Program-made: the position numbers and the translations under genes
The notes under the pieces: model-generated
Databases searched by the model: none
What the model was told of the DNA's origin: nothing
Seen by the model: the letters and a program-made list of their open reading frames with translations, nothing else
Assembly: GCA_951406725.2 (NCBI GenBank)
Contig: OX597815.1
Span: 163,246,001 to 163,310,000, forward strand
DNA: 64,000 nucleotides
From: Octopus vulgaris
Taxonomy: Eukaryota
Reading direction: 5' to 3'
In this document: one piece after another, positions 61,082 to 64,000 of the stretch
Layout: the number at the start of each line of letters is the position of its first letter
How positions within the stretch are numbered: the first letter of the stretch is position 1

Positions 61082-64000
61082 TCAGGATTTGGGCACCAAG
61101 GCCCATTCGAGCAGAGAGTTATTGTTTGCGGAGACATATCCGGGTGTGGGTGGTTTGTCCGGTACTGTTTGAAGGAATTTGTCCAAAGACTTCTTGAATT
61201 TTGTGTGGTCAGTTTCTTTTTTGACGTGTCCTGGTGTAATGTTGAAGAGAGCGGGTCCAATTGAGGTGAAATAGTTGTGCCGTATTGTCGTTATGTGATG
61301 CGATTTAGATTTTTGTTGTGGACGGATGGCACGTGGTCCAAGCCTTGGATGCATTTTGAAAGTGATGCCAACATCATTCGGACAGTGCTGATGGAATATT
61401 TTCCACATCATACAGATAATGTAGCGTTCACGGCGTCGTTGGAGTGAATACAATTTCAGCTTCTCTAGTCTACCCCAGTAGTCAAGGTCTGACATGCCAT
61501 CTATCGTTTTTGTGATTGACCTTTGGGGAGCTTCAATTCTCATAATATTTTGTTTTGTGTAGGGAGACCACAGTGGACAGCAGTATTCAAGGTGGGGTCG
61601 GGCAAAAGTGGAGAAGAGAAGGATAATAGCGTGGGAATCTCTCGACTGGAAGGTTCTGAGAATCCAGGAACACATTCTGCGGGCCATGTCAACTTTGCTG
61701 CTTATATGTGTAGCCCAGCTTATGTTGTTGTCCACTGTTACTCCCAGGTCTCTGATGTTGTTGGATGCCATGAGAATTTCTCCAGAAGGAAGAGAGTATG
61801 GGAGTTTCAGAGCGTCCTCCCTTCCAAAGTGGATCAGTTTGAATTTGTCTTCATTTAGCAACATGTTATTTTTTTCCGCCCATTGGACAACAGCCAGTAG
61901 GTCTGACTGAAGGTTTATTCGGTCATCCACGCCATTGATGACCTTCTGGAGCTTGGAATCATCAGCGAAGGTTCTGATGTTACTGTGTTTGATGGTGTCA
62001 GTAATATCATTTATGTAGATGATGAAGAGAAGTGGGCCCAACACAGTGCCTTGTGGGACACCACTGCTGACTTTGGCTGGGCTGGATTTGACTCCTTCGA
62101 CTACAACATGTTGGGTTCTGTTAGACAGGAAGCACTTGATCCATTGCAGCAGCTTTCCAGTGACACCAATATTGGACAGCTTTCTCAGAAGGATCTTATG
62201 ATCAACCCTGTCAAAGGCCTTGCTGAAATCAAGGTAGATGACATCAGTGTTGGAACCTTCTCCCAAGGCTCTCAAAATGTCATCAAAATGATGCAGTAGC
62301 TGCGTCAGGCAATCTCTCCCATTACGGAATCCATGCTGGTTGGGGTTCAGCATATTATGACTCTCAAGGAAGTGAGTCATACGCGATCTCAGCACCCTCT
62401 CAAATACCTTGATGATATGAGAGGTGAGTGAGATTGGACGGTAATTCACGGCAAGCGATTTGTTTCCTTTTTTGAAAACTGGGACAACAGACTGGGATAG
62501 AAGGTCTTCTGGTATATATCCAGCATCCAGTGAGTTCCGCCACAGATTGGCTAGAGGGGGTGCAAGTTGGTTTTGACACATCTTCAAGACACAAGCAGGG
62601 AACCTATCGGGACCTACTGCTGAATTATGCTTCATTTCCTTTATTGCTGCTAAGACATCAGGAGCGCCAAATGTTATGTCCGATAAAGTGTATTGGGGAG
62701 TAACATCACTGATACAGCCCAGATCAGTCATATCAGGATTGCTGAAAACAGAGCAATATTGTTTCTGCAATATATCTCCCATGGTTTTGGCATTGTCTTG
62801 AAGAGTACCATTTTCATCAATCAGAGGGCCAACAGTAGAACCAGTGACTCTGTGTTTTTTTGCAAATGAAAAGAACACTTTGGGATTGAGTTTGATCTTC
62901 TCAATGGCCCAGGCCTCTTCAGCTCTTCGCTGACTATTGATGATAGACATCATGTTGTTTTGGAGTTTATGTTTTTTAATCTCTAGCGACGAGATGGCAG
63001 TCAGGTTGGTGTGTTGCTGTTGACAGTATTTCAGCATGTTGATCTTTTTATTGATTCTTTTAATTTTCCTTATGAGAGATTTTCTATTTCTAGGGACTCG
63101 ACACTTAGATTTGTTTGCAGATCTTAATGGGGTGTGTCTTGCGCATATGTTCGTGATGGTGTCTACAAGTGACTGCCAGGACTTTTTGATGTTAGTGGGT
63201 GTGTATGTGTGCGTGAAGGACCAATCGACTTGTGCAAGATCATTATTGATCGCTTCCCAGTTTGCATTGTGGAAATCCATAGTGTCAAATGGATGAACAG
63301 GAGGGATGACATTTGTTTTGCATTTTGGCCAGTGAAATCTCAGATCACAGAGAACTATGTCATGGTCGGAGAGTAGGGTTTTCTCCACTGCAACATTGTG
63401 GATAGTATCAGTGTGATTGCTGAAAATTAAGTCTAAGACGTTTTTGTGACATCTCGTTGGTTCGAGTACCAGTTGGGACAAAAAGAAGTCATCCATGAAG
63501 TCAAGAAGCGATTCCACTGCCTCCCTGTCAGGGGTTGAGAGAGAAGAACCTGGCGGCAGACTGTTTGTAGACCAGTCAACCCCAGGAAGGTTGAAGTCTC
63601 CCATCATTAAAATGTTGTCAGGTTGACACTGCTGAATGAAACACTTTATGCTGTTGAGGCATTCCTTGAAGCATGGTAGGGGCGTTTGGGGTGGTCTGTA
63701 GAGCCCAACTACTGTTAAGTTGTTGGTTTGACTGAATACAGCGACTGCTTCGCAGTATCCATTGGAAAATATGTTCATGGCTTCTGTTGAGAATGAATCA
63801 TGGACATAAATGGCAGTCCCACCCTTTCTTCTGCCAGCACGATCAGCACGAATGGTTTTGAAATTTTTGACTTTCACCTCGGCTTCCAAGTGGAGGTCAC
63901 TAAGATGGGTTTCAGTGAGGACGAAGAAAGGGATGTGGTTTGGATGGGCCTCGACCCAGTCCTCCAGGAATCTTATCTTCCATTTTTGTGTACTGGTGGA
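61082..64000 (-). CDS. LINE ORF2 polyprotein (APE endonuclease + reverse transcriptase), CR1-group non-LTR retrotransposon; 5' end lies beyond the window
   Basis: The 935-aa ORF extends stop-free for 37 more codons to position 64000 (STSTQKWKIRFLEDWVEAHPNHIPFFVLTETHLSDLHL). APE motifs: LTETHL, YRPP, MGDFNLP, LDLIF, SDHD. RT motifs: YRPISLTS, QHGFR, YLDFSKAFD, GVPQGTVLGPLLF, FADD, DLGV. CR1-like C-terminus: RPHLEYC...WSPY, LYSLQRRRER. Confidence 0.96.
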   Translation of the reverse strand, partial: STSTQKWKIRFLEDWVEAHPNHIPFFVLTETHLSDLHLEAEVKVKNFKTIRADRAGRRKGGTAIYVHDSFSTEAMNIFSNGYCEAVAVFSQTNNLTVVGLYRPPQTPLPCFKECLNSIKCFIQQCQPDNILMMGDFNLPGVDWSTNSLPPGSSLSTPDREAVESLLDFMDDFFLSQLVLEPTRCHKNVLDLIFSNHTDTIHNVAVEKTLLSDHDIVLCDLRFHWPKCKTNVIPPVHPFDTMDFHNANWEAINNDLAQVDWSFTHTYTPTNIKKSWQSLVDTITNICARHTPLRSANKSKCRVPRNRKSLIRKIKRINKKINMLKYCQQQHTNLTAISSLEIKKHKLQNNMMSIINSQRRAEEAWAIEKIKLNPKVFFSFAKKHRVTGSTVGPLIDENGTLQDNAKTMGDILQKQYCSVFSNPDMTDLGCISDVTPQYTLSDITFGAPDVLAAIKEMKHNSAVGPDRFPACVLKMCQNQLAPPLANLWRNSLDAGYIPEDLLSQSVVPVFKKGNKSLAVNYRPISLTSHIIKVFERVLRSRMTHFLESHNMLNPNQHGFRNGRDCLTQLLHHFDDILRALGEGSNTDVIYLDFSKAFDRVDHKILLRKLSNIGVTGKLLQWIKCFLSNRTQHVVVEGVKSSPAKVSSGVPQGTVLGPLLFIIYINDITDTIKHSNIRTFADDSKLQKVINGVDDRINLQSDLLAVVQWAEKNNMLLNEDKFKLIHFGREDALKLPYSLPSGEILMASNNIRDLGVTVDNNISWATHISSKVDMARRMCSWILRTFQSRDSHAIILLFSTFARPHLEYCCPLWSPYTKQNIMRIEAPQRSITKTIDGMSDLDYWGRLEKLKLYSLQRRRERYIICMMWKIFHQHCPNDVGITFKMHPRLGPRAIRPQQKSKSHHITTIRHNYFTSIGPALFNITPGHVKKETDHTKFKKSLDKFLQTVPDKPPTPGYVSANNNSLLEWALVPKS

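Noticed and set aside
61523-63296. Plus-strand ORFs overlapping the LINE
   Set aside because: Antisense shadows of the long ORF2.

Overview
AT-rich, microsatellite- and SINE-dense animal DNA. The SINE families and repeat landscape look like an Octopus (cephalopod) genome; this is inferred from sequence style and was not searched. Almost all ORFs in the track are microsatellite or SINE artefacts. The one long intact reading frame is the ORF2 (APE endonuclease plus reverse transcriptase) of a CR1-group LINE on the minus strand at 61082-64000, open to the window edge. A probable host gene runs on the minus strand from a CpG-rich ETS-motif promoter at about 24.4 kb through small exons at 13929-13971 and 2444-2533 (N-terminus of a likely type II membrane protein) and off the left end. 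CpG is strongly depleted over that gene body and retained to its right. The rest is layered mobile DNA: at least four SINE or LINE-tail families, piggyBac, hAT, pogo/Tigger, mariner and maT (DD37D) elements, Helitron-like elements, LTR relics, RTE and L1/Tx1 fragments, and Penelope-like relics. Most notable: several minimal hammerhead-ribozyme folds in Penelope-type termini, a 5'-inverted (twin-primed) RTE insertion, a 41-nt templated insertion copied from 3 kb away, LTR relics with stacked LTR-end/PBS junctions, a SINE heterodimer inside one TSD, and an eroded ABCC-like pseudogene. No CRISPR, rRNA or bona fide tRNA genes were seen.
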